Assembly (NCBI RefSeq): GCF_000025945.1 | Contig: NC_006138.1 | Location: forward strand, 1,290,001-1,322,000 | Reading direction: 5' to 3' | Length of the DNA: 32,000 bases | Source: Desulfotalea psychrophila LSv54 | Lineage (GTDB): Bacteria > Desulfobacterota > Desulfobulbia > Desulfobulbales > Desulfocapsaceae | In this document: positions 19,603-28,048 of the stretch, in pieces | How positions within the stretch are numbered: position 1 is the first letter of the stretch | Layout: every line of letters starts with the position of its first letter | Program-made: the position numbers and the translations under genes | Notes under the pieces: model-generated | What the model was told of the DNA's origin: nothing | What the model saw: only the letters and a program-made list of their open reading frames with translations | The model's database searches: none

Positions 19603-19773
19603 TTACTTCTTTCCAGGAGGTTTTCTCGGTGGTGGTGGAGCTGTATCAACAATTCTGTCTTTTCTGCTATAGTCAATTGACTGTGGGGTGCTGTGATCAG
19701 TAAACGGCATACTTTTACCACTTCCAGCTCCACCCTTATCTTGCTTTTTACCTGTTTTCCCTTGTTCTGCCAT
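19603..19773 (-). CDS. Small Gly/Lys/Pro-rich protein, 56 aa, upstream of the SLATT-like gene
   Basis: MAEQGKTGKKQDKGGAGSGKSMPFTDHSTPQSIDYSRKDRIVDTAPPPPRKPPGKK*; SD-like GAGGTGA upstream; 5-nt gap to SLATT-like ORF; absent from ORF track because shorter than its cutoff. Confidence 0.6.
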   Translation of the reverse strand: MAEQGKTGKKQDKGGAGSGKSMPFTDHSTPQSIDYSRKDRIVDTAPPPPRKPPGKK

Positions 19774-19878
19774 TAAAGTCACCTCACGCTTAATTTCTTT
19801 TCATTTTTTTATGATATTTCTAAAAGCTGCTGATTTCACCTAACAGCATAATAACTTACCACAAAGCTGGATTAGTAC

Positions 19879-19903
19879 AATAAGTGCAACAGACTAAAAT
19901 TTG
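19879..19903. repeat. 25-bp repeat, copy 1 (IS-end-like)
   Basis: AATAAGTGCAACAGACTAAAATTTG, identical to 30534-30558. Confidence 0.8.
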
Positions 19904-20002
19904 AAAAGTGAGTGAGTTGGAGGTATGGTTTGCCCTCTCCCTCCGTGTCCAGTCCGTACTATCGTGTGAGGAGAGCAGATTAAATCCTGCCCACTTTCGC
20001 CT

Positions 20003-20140
20003 ATGCTGGGTTTGATTCTCGACTCTTTACAGTCACTTATTGACGAAATTCCCCCAAGTCACCCCCCCAGGAGGGAAAACTTTTAATGGTGATCAGCGGT
20101 GAAAGATTAGGAAGGGAACTGCTCTCTCTACCTGCTTAAA
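20003..20140 (+). pseudogene. Decayed fragment of a fic-family gene (C-terminal part)
   Basis: ATGCTGGGTTTGATTCTCGACTCTTTACAGTCACTTATTGACG... and GGAAAACTTTTAATGGTGATCAGCGG.GAAA closely match intact fic at about 21937-22080. Confidence 0.75.
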
Positions 20141-20411
20141 CTATATGCACAGTCAAAGCCTACTTTTTGTGCACGTTTTCCCCATATGCACTGTATCGAC
20201 CTTTCTTTGGGCAATCCCCATTGTCACGGAGCTGAGCAGTGGAGAGGTTGGGGAAAGCAGAGTTTGAGTTGTTTAAGCTAGCCTTCTTAAACTCTCGCTA
20301 AGCTTTGAGAAGCACAGGCTAGGCGCCCGTAGTGACGGGGCTCCTTTCCTTCGTTTTCTTTTGAGTAAAAGAGATGAATATGTGCCCTTTATTTGCATCA
20401 GCCTGTTTGGC

Positions 20412-20816
20412 CTACTCTTTATAACCAAAGACAGTGATGAAAGAGGTGGTCTCTGGTGGTCTTGCCAAATACTCATCAACGAGAATGTGGCTCACATCGG
20501 GGGATGTCATTTTTGCTAACTTCTCCATAAGAATATCGTCAAAACGCTCCTTAGCAATATAGTTGTTTTCTTTGAGGTAGGACTCAAATTCAGTTGCAAT
20601 ATCGAGCATATTTTTAATAACAGGACTTTCCTTATACTCTTCTCGAATATATGAGAAATCAAAGCCGAAATAGGTGCAGGCCGCAAAGATCAGGTGTGGA
20701 CAGTGCCAGTACTCTCCTCTGGCAAACCACTCTTTATTGCATATAGGGCAGCGTATTTCCTCCCATCCTTCATCCCTGTTAACTCTCTTGTGCGCGTCAG
20801 ATTGTACTATTTTCAT
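20412..20816 (-). CDS. Hypothetical protein with zinc-ribbon-like motif
   Basis: 134 aa; RCPICNKEWFARGEYWHCPH. Confidence 0.55.
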   Translation of the reverse strand: MKIVQSDAHKRVNRDEGWEEIRCPICNKEWFARGEYWHCPHLIFAACTYFGFDFSYIREEYKESPVIKNMLDIATEFESYLKENNYIAKERFDDILMEKLAKMTSPDVSHILVDEYLARPPETTSFITVFGYKE

Positions 20817-21211
20817 GGACTATCCTTATAAATGATCTTAGGTTTTCTGGTTATGCATAAACAATCTTATTCCATGCTACTAAACATTCTATTTTCAATT
20901 TGTCATGGTTCTATTGAGGATGAAATAAAAAAAGCTCTTGCCGGGTCATATTGTGTAGAAAGAATATTTTTCGTAGTTTTTCATTGATCCTGAAGCATCG
21001 GTTTCAGGGGGCACGTTTGGGGCACGAGGGTGCAGAGGGTGTGGCGAGTGATACAAGGTACAGGAGAGTTTATATGCTTATGCAAAGGTATAGGGCAGAT
21101 GAGTGGCTGCTGTAAGCGGAGCCATCTGCTACTGTTTTACCAGTAAATAGAGTATGCTTAGGCTCAAAGATAAAAACTTGGCATCTAACAGCTCATACAA
21201 ATAAAATAGCA

Positions 21212-22243
21212 ATGAATCCTCCCTTTACCATCACCAGCCAGATACTCTCTCTCGTGGCAGAGATCAGTGAGAAAGTTGGCAATATCAAGGCCTTTCAGCA
21301 ATCTGGAGGAACGGACCATAAGCGGGATGATCTCCGTCTGCGCAGGATTAATCAAATCCGTACCATCCAAGGCTCTCTTGCCATTGAGGGTAATACCCTC
21401 AGTGAAGAGCAGATCACCGCCATCTTAGGGGGAAAGACCGTTATCGCGCCCCTAAAGGAGGTGCAGGAGGCTCGCAACGCCTTAAAGGTCTATGGTCAGA
21501 TGGAGAGATGGCGTTTCGCGGCAAGAGACGACCTCCTCCGGGCCCATAAAGAGCTGATGCTCGGTCTTCTTGACAGTGCCGGACAGTACCGTAGCTCTGG
21601 GGTTGGCATAATGAAGAACGAAGAGGTTATCCACCTGACACCACCTGCGGATATGGTGCCAACTCTGATGGCCAATCTCTTCTCATGGCTTAGAGACAGC
21701 GAGGCGCATCCCCTGATTAAATCCTGCGTCTTTCACTATGAATTTGAGTTCATCCACCCCTTTGCCGATGGTAATGGCCGAATGGGTCGCCTCTGGCAAA
21801 GCCTCATTCTCTCTGATTGGCATGAGATCTTTGCCTATCTGCCCGTAGAGAGTCTCGTCTATCAATATCAGAGTGAATATTATCGGGCCTTGAATGAAAG
21901 TACGAACCAGGCTGATTCTGCTCCCTTTATCTCATTGATGCTGGGTTTGGTTCTCAACTCTTTACAGGCATTTATTGATGATACCCCCCAAGTCACCCCC
22001 CAAGTCACCCCCCAAGTCGGAAAACTTTTAATGGTAATCAGGGGCGAAATGTTGGGAAAGGAACTGCTCGCTCTGCTTGGTCTAAGGGATAGGAGATCGT
22101 TTGTCAGGCTTTATCAGGAGCCGGCCCTTGCTACCGGTCTTGTTGAGATGACTCTGCCGGAAAAACCCACCAGCCGTCTGCAGCGATATCGACTGACTCT
22201 CCTGGGGCATGAAGTGCTAAGAACAATTTCCTGTCAGGGCTAG
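21212..22243 (+). CDS. Fic-family AMP-transferase-like protein with C-terminal winged-helix region
   Basis: Fic motif HPFADGNGRMGRLW; inhibitory-helix-type SLAIEGN; C-terminal RSFVRLYQEPALATGLVEMTLPEKPTSRLQRYRLT. Confidence 0.92.
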   Translation: MNPPFTITSQILSLVAEISEKVGNIKAFQQSGGTDHKRDDLRLRRINQIRTIQGSLAIEGNTLSEEQITAILGGKTVIAPLKEVQEARNALKVYGQMERWRFAARDDLLRAHKELMLGLLDSAGQYRSSGVGIMKNEEVIHLTPPADMVPTLMANLFSWLRDSEAHPLIKSCVFHYEFEFIHPFADGNGRMGRLWQSLILSDWHEIFAYLPVESLVYQYQSEYYRALNESTNQADSAPFISLMLGLVLNSLQAFIDDTPQVTPQVTPQVGKLLMVIRGEMLGKELLALLGLRDRRSFVRLYQEPALATGLVEMTLPEKPTSRLQRYRLTLLGHEVLRTISCQG

Positions 22244-22288
22244 TTCCTCTTCATTGTCTCTTTTGAGCAAGAGAGATGAATAATCGGC

Positions 22289-22363
22289 TCAGGCATTCGA
22301 ATCGCCTCGGGATCACCATTGATAAAGGCACTTACGGCTCACGCTGTAAGTGCCTGTTTTCGT
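22289..22363 (+). repeat. Direct repeat, right copy (attR-like)
   Basis: TCAGGCATTCGAATCGCCTCGGGATCACCATTGATAAAGGCACTTACGGCTCACGCTGTAAGTGCCTGTTTTCG; matches tRNA-Arg 3' end and terminator. Confidence 0.85.
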
Positions 22364-22497
22364 TTACGGCCAATCTGTAGCCACTATGTAGCCAGATTGC
22401 AGGAAAATGGGGTCTACGCCAAAGAAGGGGGATGGCCGTTTTTCGCTGCCATAGGCGGGCAGATTGTCGTTAATGAGTAAGGTGGCCAACCTGTTGA

Positions 22498-23436
22498 CTA
22501 CAAGCCGTTATCGCCTTTTTTGCGGAGGTCCAAAACGTGATTGTCGTATGCCAAGAGTCCCTTGCCGTAATTGTAACGCGTATCTATTTCGAGGCCCAGG
22601 CTGTTTCTCTTGCCCGATCTACCCGCAAAATCCGGCGCGTCATTGGTTCTGGGCCTCTGAGCGAGAGATTCAGGGTCTGTCTTGCCCACAGCACTGTTTT
22701 CTTCACAACCTGGTCTGTTGCTATGTTCCAGGGTTTTTATGAGTCTCTTTTTTTCCGGGACAGATTGAACAGCATTGATTGTTTCAATGATTCCATCGCT
22801 AAGAGGGTCGAACATATTGATCGGCAGGGAAACAGCAAGCTCCCCCTTGTCGAATTTTCCGTACCGCCTTGTACCGTTACACATCAGTGATAAATTGATA
22901 TCGTTTGTATGGAATACCTTTGATGTCATGTCGGAGCACATGGCCTGATTCCCATAAAAGCTGAGATTTTTTGGTGCGCCGTATTTGTAGGTGTATCCCT
23001 GCATTATTCGCATCATTGTATGCGCGTAATCCACCATGATGACAAGATCGGCATGTTCCATTTCTTCAAGAGGGCCGAGTTCAACGCCAAAAATATCCTG
23101 GTCAATGTACATCATTGCATCAGCAATGCTTTTTCCAATCGCCCGGCTTTCAGCAAGTCCGCAATAGTCAAAGCTTCGGCCTTCGCGCATGGAAATATCC
23201 GGTTTCTCCAGACCAATGGCCGCACGGGCATAGTCGCAGGTGACGAGATTTTTATCTACCTTAAAATGCTTGCCATCTAATGCCTGTCGGACTTGATAAC
23301 AGTAAGGCCCCTTGAGTGCTGCAGGTTCGGCTTTGCAGTTGTCATAGTCTTCCTGAAAATCAAGGAAATGCAGCCCCACAATTCTGTGCTGCAGGTCGAG
23401 TGCTGTTGTCATTTTCCATACATTTGTATTCTTCAT
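22498..23436 (-). CDS. DUF169-like protein; C-terminal ~65 aa may be off-frame
   Basis: VTCDYARAAIGLEKPDI; SLMCNGTRRYGKFDKGELAVSLPINMFDPLSDGIIETINAV resembles DUF169. Confidence 0.55.
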   Translation of the reverse strand: MKNTNVWKMTTALDLQHRIVGLHFLDFQEDYDNCKAEPAALKGPYCYQVRQALDGKHFKVDKNLVTCDYARAAIGLEKPDISMREGRSFDYCGLAESRAIGKSIADAMMYIDQDIFGVELGPLEEMEHADLVIMVDYAHTMMRIMQGYTYKYGAPKNLSFYGNQAMCSDMTSKVFHTNDINLSLMCNGTRRYGKFDKGELAVSLPINMFDPLSDGIIETINAVQSVPEKKRLIKTLEHSNRPGCEENSAVGKTDPESLAQRPRTNDAPDFAGRSGKRNSLGLEIDTRYNYGKGLLAYDNHVLDLRKKGDNGL

Positions 23437-23541
23437 CTATAACACCTTGCATTTATATGTCGTTCTTCCGCCTTATAAAACTTGCCGGGCAGTATCATCT
23501 TGATATTCTCCAAGAGACGTGCCCGGCAGAAACGGCCCTTA

Positions 23542-25182
23542 TTAGTTGGCTGAATCGTCTACCCACGCATTCCAGAAAAAAGGCTGTCCATAGGCCTGAA
23601 AGCCCTTTACCCGTTCGTTAATGCCATAGAGACGGACATCATTAAAGCTCTTTATATACGGGACTTCTTCCCAGAATTTGGCATAAAATTCCTTTACGAT
23701 TTCATACCGTGCCTTCTGATCTGTCGCGACTGCCATTCTCTCGAATATTGCGTCCATTTCGTGAGATCCCTTATCGTCCCAACCAGTGATCCACCCATTG
23801 GTACCTGTCCAGGGCTGGAAGTTCTGGGGGTCGGGGGTCATATCGCTCCATCTGGCGATTCGGATATTCCATTTGCCGCTTGTCTCGTAATCATAAGCGG
23901 TTGCCTCATCATAGAGGTCAACGGAGACATTGAGGCCAATGGCTTTAAGCTGATTTTGCAGGACAAGTGCCGCGTTACTTTCGTACATGTTTGATTTGTC
24001 GCCAATAATGCTGATTGTTTCTCCGCTATATCCAGACTCCTGTACCAGCTTTTTTGCCCTGGCCAGATCGTGCACATTGTACATCTCTTTGCCAGCGTTA
24101 GGGTCATACCAGATATTCCCTTTTTTGAACCAACTTCCGTCTTCAACAGACCAGAATTTTTCATTGCCAATTTGCGCTTGGGCCAGTTCTTTATCATCTA
24201 TGGCGCAGGCCAGGGCTTGTCGCATACGCTTGTTGTCAAAGGGTGGTTTTGCAGAATTGATGGCGATAACGCTGATTGTACCATCATTACAAATAATCGG
24301 TTTGATGCCAGGATAATCGGAGAGTGTAGCGTACTGGTCTGTGGAAACCTCGTCTATGAAGTCGTACTGGCCACTTTGAAGCCCGGCCACGCGCACGCTC
24401 TCTTCCGGAACAAAATCCATGGTGATTTTGTCAAGATAAGGATTTCTCTGGCCGGTAAGGCCTGAAAGTTTTCCTTTTGCAGGCGTATAATTTACATTTT
24501 TTACAAGGACTGCCTTCTGGCCGGGGACGTATTCCCCAATGATATACGGACCGGTGCCAACATAGTCGGTAATGATATTCTCTCCGAATTTGTCCAGAAT
24601 TTTCTTTTCCCGCACATACACCCTTTGCCCGGATACCTGAGAAGCCATGATGCTGAGAATGGGCGCATAGATCTGGTTCAGGGTGATCCTTATTTCATAA
24701 TCATTTATGATATCAACGCTTTTGACTTTGTCTTTGACAATGTGGCCGGCCTGATTCATGCGCAGCCAGCGATCAATGGAGGCCTTTACATCTTCAGCCT
24801 TCATCTCGTGCTGGTCTGAGAATTTCACGCCTTTTCTGAGTTTTATTTCATACTGTTTCGAATCACTGGAAAGCGTGCAGGACTCAGCAAGATACGGTTG
24901 TGGTTGGCCGTTTCCGTCTGTTTCAAAGAGTCCCTCGTACACGTGATTCATGACCTGGGTGGCTTCCCACTGTGTACCAAAATCTGTATCAAGATTGTCA
25001 GGGGCCTTTTGTAGGGCAATTGTAATTTCTCCACCAGAATGTGGTGCGTTAGAAACAGCAGGAGCTTGCTCTGCGGCTACCGACTTTGCTTTTTCGGGCT
25101 GTTCAGAATTGCTCTTACAACCAGCAATAGTGAAGGCTGCAAGGAGCAGCATAAACAGCAGTGTGTATTTTCGTCTTTTCAT
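23542..25182 (-). CDS. ABC transporter substrate-binding lipoprotein (SBP_bac_5, peptide/nickel type)
   Basis: Lipobox LLLAAFTIAGC; GGEITIALQKAPDNLD; AQVMNHVYEGLFETD; YEIKLRKGVKFSD; RQALACAID. Confidence 0.93.
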   Translation of the reverse strand: MKRRKYTLLFMLLLAAFTIAGCKSNSEQPEKAKSVAAEQAPAVSNAPHSGGEITIALQKAPDNLDTDFGTQWEATQVMNHVYEGLFETDGNGQPQPYLAESCTLSSDSKQYEIKLRKGVKFSDQHEMKAEDVKASIDRWLRMNQAGHIVKDKVKSVDIINDYEIRITLNQIYAPILSIMASQVSGQRVYVREKKILDKFGENIITDYVGTGPYIIGEYVPGQKAVLVKNVNYTPAKGKLSGLTGQRNPYLDKITMDFVPEESVRVAGLQSGQYDFIDEVSTDQYATLSDYPGIKPIICNDGTISVIAINSAKPPFDNKRMRQALACAIDDKELAQAQIGNEKFWSVEDGSWFKKGNIWYDPNAGKEMYNVHDLARAKKLVQESGYSGETISIIGDKSNMYESNAALVLQNQLKAIGLNVSVDLYDEATAYDYETSGKWNIRIARWSDMTPDPQNFQPWTGTNGWITGWDDKGSHEMDAIFERMAVATDQKARYEIVKEFYAKFWEEVPYIKSFNDVRLYGINERVKGFQAYGQPFFWNAWVDDSAN

Positions 25183-25222
25183 CTATTTTCCTTTTTATCA
25201 TGAGATGAGAGTAAATATGCTA

Positions 25223-26143
25223 CTAATCTGAAAGCAAATAATGTGTTTTGCTTACTGCTATCTTTGTGCTCGAGTGTTCTTTTACATCACGAAGCACTTT
25301 CTGATAGGTCTCAGTATCTTTTTGAATATTTGTTGTTGTGAACGCGTCAGCATTCTTGAGTGTGGGTAATGATGCAAATAAAAGCCTGGTATAGCTGTGC
25401 TGTGGATTCTCAAATATTTCGTCGCGCGTACCCTCCTCGACAATTTTACCGTTGCACATCACGCCGATCCTGTCGGTCATATAGCGGACAACCGACAGGT
25501 CATGGGAAATGAACAGGTAAGAAAACCCATACTCTTTCTGAAGATTTTGTAAGAGACAGAGGATTTGGGCCTGGACGAGCAGATCAAGCGCCGAGACCGG
25601 CTCATCACAAATGATCAGCTTTGGATTTGTGGCAATGGCCCTAGCAATACAAATCCTTTGTCGCTGTCCGCCGGAAAATTCATGGGGGTATTTATCCAGA
25701 TGTTCCTTCTCCAGGCCTACACTCTGTAGCAATCTCTCCGCTTCCGCTTGGATATTAGAAGGTTTTTCGGCCCTGATTGAAATCGACTCTGCCAGAAGTG
25801 CACTGATTTTCATTCTTGGATTCAGAGAACCATAAGGATTCTGAAAAATAACCTGAATATTGTGTCGTTTTTTGCGTAATTTCCGTTTTGTCAGCCCGCT
25901 TATGGGAATGCCTTCAAAAAGGATCTGCCCTTGGTCGACATCCAACAGCCGGAGAATCAGCCGTCCTGTTGTTGTCTTGCCACAGCCGGATTCGCCCACC
26001 AGAGCATAGGTTTCACCTCTATGTATAGCAAAGGAAACACGGTCTACCGCCTTGATTACAGACTTTTTCGAAACAAAATTTTTACATATATTTTTTATTT
26101 CGAGTAAAAGAGGAGGCTTTTTGTCTAAATTTTGTTCGATCAT
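25223..26143 (-). CDS. Oligopeptide/dipeptide ABC transporter ATP-binding protein (OppF/DppF-like)
   Basis: Walker A GESGCGKTT; signature FSGGQRQRICIARAI; Walker B LIICDEPVSALD. Confidence 0.93.
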   Translation of the reverse strand: MIEQNLDKKPPLLLEIKNICKNFVSKKSVIKAVDRVSFAIHRGETYALVGESGCGKTTTGRLILRLLDVDQGQILFEGIPISGLTKRKLRKKRHNIQVIFQNPYGSLNPRMKISALLAESISIRAEKPSNIQAEAERLLQSVGLEKEHLDKYPHEFSGGQRQRICIARAIATNPKLIICDEPVSALDLLVQAQILCLLQNLQKEYGFSYLFISHDLSVVRYMTDRIGVMCNGKIVEEGTRDEIFENPQHSYTRLLFASLPTLKNADAFTTTNIQKDTETYQKVLRDVKEHSSTKIAVSKTHYLLSD

Positions 26144-26188
26144 ATATTGTTGTCCAGCCTGTATATTTATCTCTGAATATTTTTTATA

Positions 26189-28048
26189 TTACAGATAGTT
26201 CCAACATCTTACAGTTCCTGCCCCATCTTCTTTTTGTGTCAGTGGCGGGTGTTCTGTATGGCATTTTTGTGTACTGAGAGTACATCGCGGGGCAAATTTG
26301 CATCCTATGATATTGTCTCCGGGCAGGGGGACGTTTCCTCTGACAAGGGTCAGTTCATCGGTACCGTCATAGAGTTCTTCAGCCGCGCCTATCAGCTTTT
26401 TCGTATAGGGATGGGAAGCCTGTTCTATGATATTGTCCCTCGTGTCCTGCTCAACAATTTCTCCACCGTACATAACCGTTATGTTTTCGGATAAAGAGGC
26501 AATGACCCCCATATCATGGGAGATGATGAGAAGCGCCATGTGATTTGTGTGGATCAGTTTTTTGAGGATTCCCAGGATCTGGGCCTGGATGGTGACATCA
26601 AGGGCTGTTGTGGGCTCGTCTGCGATCAGAAGTTGAGGGTCACAGGATATGGCGATGGCGATGGCGACTCTCTGGCACATACCGCCTGAAAGTTCGTGGG
26701 GATATGATTTAAGTGTTTTTTCAGGATCTTTGATACCCACATCCTGCATGAGCCTGATACAGCGCTGATGAATGCCTGTTTTGCTCAGGCCAAGATGCAA
26801 TCTGATGGGTGCGGAAAGTTGTTGTTTAATGGTAAAAACCGGGTTGAGAGATGTCATGGGTTCCTGGAAGATCATGCCGATTTCTTTCCCACATATTTTT
26901 CGCAAGCTGCTCTCTGAAAGTTCGCTCAGGCAGATATTTCCCCAGTCTATGTGCCCCTTGTCAATATAGATGTTTGGTTCGGTCAGCTTCAGGATGCTCA
27001 TTGCGGTAATGCTTTTCCCACATCCTGATTCCCCGATAATCCCCATGGTTTCGCCGTTGCGGACAGCAAGGGAAATTTCACTGACAATTTTAGTTGTGTG
27101 TTTTTCGTCTGCTGCCACAACGGTCAGGTTTTCTATTCTCAAAAGGTCTTGCATCTCAATATCTCTTGTCTTGTCTGCACCCTGGGGGGGTGCCACGTTT
27201 TTTTGAAAATCAGTTGGTGCGACCCTGCCCTTGGGATCCATTATTTCTCTCAACCCGTCGCCCAGAAGATCCAGGGAAAGGACTATCCATGAAATCACCA
27301 GCCCCGGGAAACCGATGATCCAGGGAGCGATACTGATATAGTTTCGGCCATCGCTGGCCATTCCCCCCAGACTCGGCGTCGGAATTTGTATTCCGACTCC
27401 GAGGAAACTCAGGATTGATTCATTCAAAATGGCCATGGCAAAGGTGTAGGTCATCTGGACGATCAGCGGAGAGGCGATATTTGGGAGTATATAGCGAAAG
27501 ATGATGTAGGTATTTGATTTACCGAGGACTTCGGCTGATTCCACATATTCGGTCGCGAGAACTTCAGCTGTTGCATTTCGTACTACCCGAGCAATCATCG
27601 GAAAATACGAAATGGACAGAGCAATGATGATATTCCTCATGCCTGCCCCCATAATCCCGGCAAGTATGATGGCGAGGATGATCGTGGGGAAAGCCATAAT
27701 GCTATCGACGATGCGCATGATGACTTTTGAGGTGACGGGATAATATGCGGCACTGACGCCCGCAAGAGTACCCACAAGTCCGCTTATAAGGGCTACGGCA
27801 AAGCCGATTATCATGGACATTCTAATGCCACAGATGACTCTGGTGAAGACATCCCGCCCAACATCGTCAGTCCCCATCCAGTGAACAGTGCCCGGAGCAG
27901 TCAACCGTATGGCCGGCGCTGTGAGCAGGGGATCAAAAGCGGAGACGAGCGAACCAATGGTGCTGAACATGAAAACGATGGCTAGAAGCACGGTCCCCGT
28001 AAAAATATACGCGTTTGTTTTTTCTCTTATTTTAAGAATCGTATGCAT
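26189..28048 (-). CDS. Fusion of DppC-like permease and DppD-like ATP-binding protein
   Basis: One 619-aa frame: N-terminal six-TM permease with EAA-type loop (EYVESAEVLGKSNTYIIFRYILPN), then Walker A GESGCGKSI, LSGGMCQRVAIA, LLIADEPTTALD. Confidence 0.92.
   Translation of the reverse strand: MHTILKIREKTNAYIFTGTVLLAIVFMFSTIGSLVSAFDPLLTAPAIRLTAPGTVHWMGTDDVGRDVFTRVICGIRMSMIIGFAVALISGLVGTLAGVSAAYYPVTSKVIMRIVDSIMAFPTIILAIILAGIMGAGMRNIIIALSISYFPMIARVVRNATAEVLATEYVESAEVLGKSNTYIIFRYILPNIASPLIVQMTYTFAMAILNESILSFLGVGIQIPTPSLGGMASDGRNYISIAPWIIGFPGLVISWIVLSLDLLGDGLREIMDPKGRVAPTDFQKNVAPPQGADKTRDIEMQDLLRIENLTVVAADEKHTTKIVSEISLAVRNGETMGIIGESGCGKSITAMSILKLTEPNIYIDKGHIDWGNICLSELSESSLRKICGKEIGMIFQEPMTSLNPVFTIKQQLSAPIRLHLGLSKTGIHQRCIRLMQDVGIKDPEKTLKSYPHELSGGMCQRVAIAIAISCDPQLLIADEPTTALDVTIQAQILGILKKLIHTNHMALLIISHDMGVIASLSENITVMYGGEIVEQDTRDNIIEQASHPYTKKLIGAAEELYDGTDELTLVRGNVPLPGDNIIGCKFAPRCTLSTQKCHTEHPPLTQKEDGAGTVRCWNYL

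Larger units (their letters stand above)
15320..22363. mobile_element. tRNA-Arg-associated genomic island (integrase not detected; probably a remnant or non-autonomous)
   Basis: Flanking tRNA-derived direct repeats; sparse accessory ORFs and decayed gene pieces between them. Confidence 0.7.

Noticed and set aside
21980-22020. Tandem CCCCAAGTCACC units considered as a CRISPR-like or satellite repeat
   Set aside because: In-frame coding repeat (PQVT) inside fic, no spacers.
15320-22363. Retron or other RT-based system in the island
   Set aside because: No reverse transcriptase motif (xxDD) seen in any listed frame; SLATT-like gene has no RT partner in the window.
22464-22890. Plus-strand ORFs 22464-22742 and 22537-22890
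   Set aside because: Mutually overlapping and antisense to the DUF169-like gene, with Cys/Arg-rich non-family composition.
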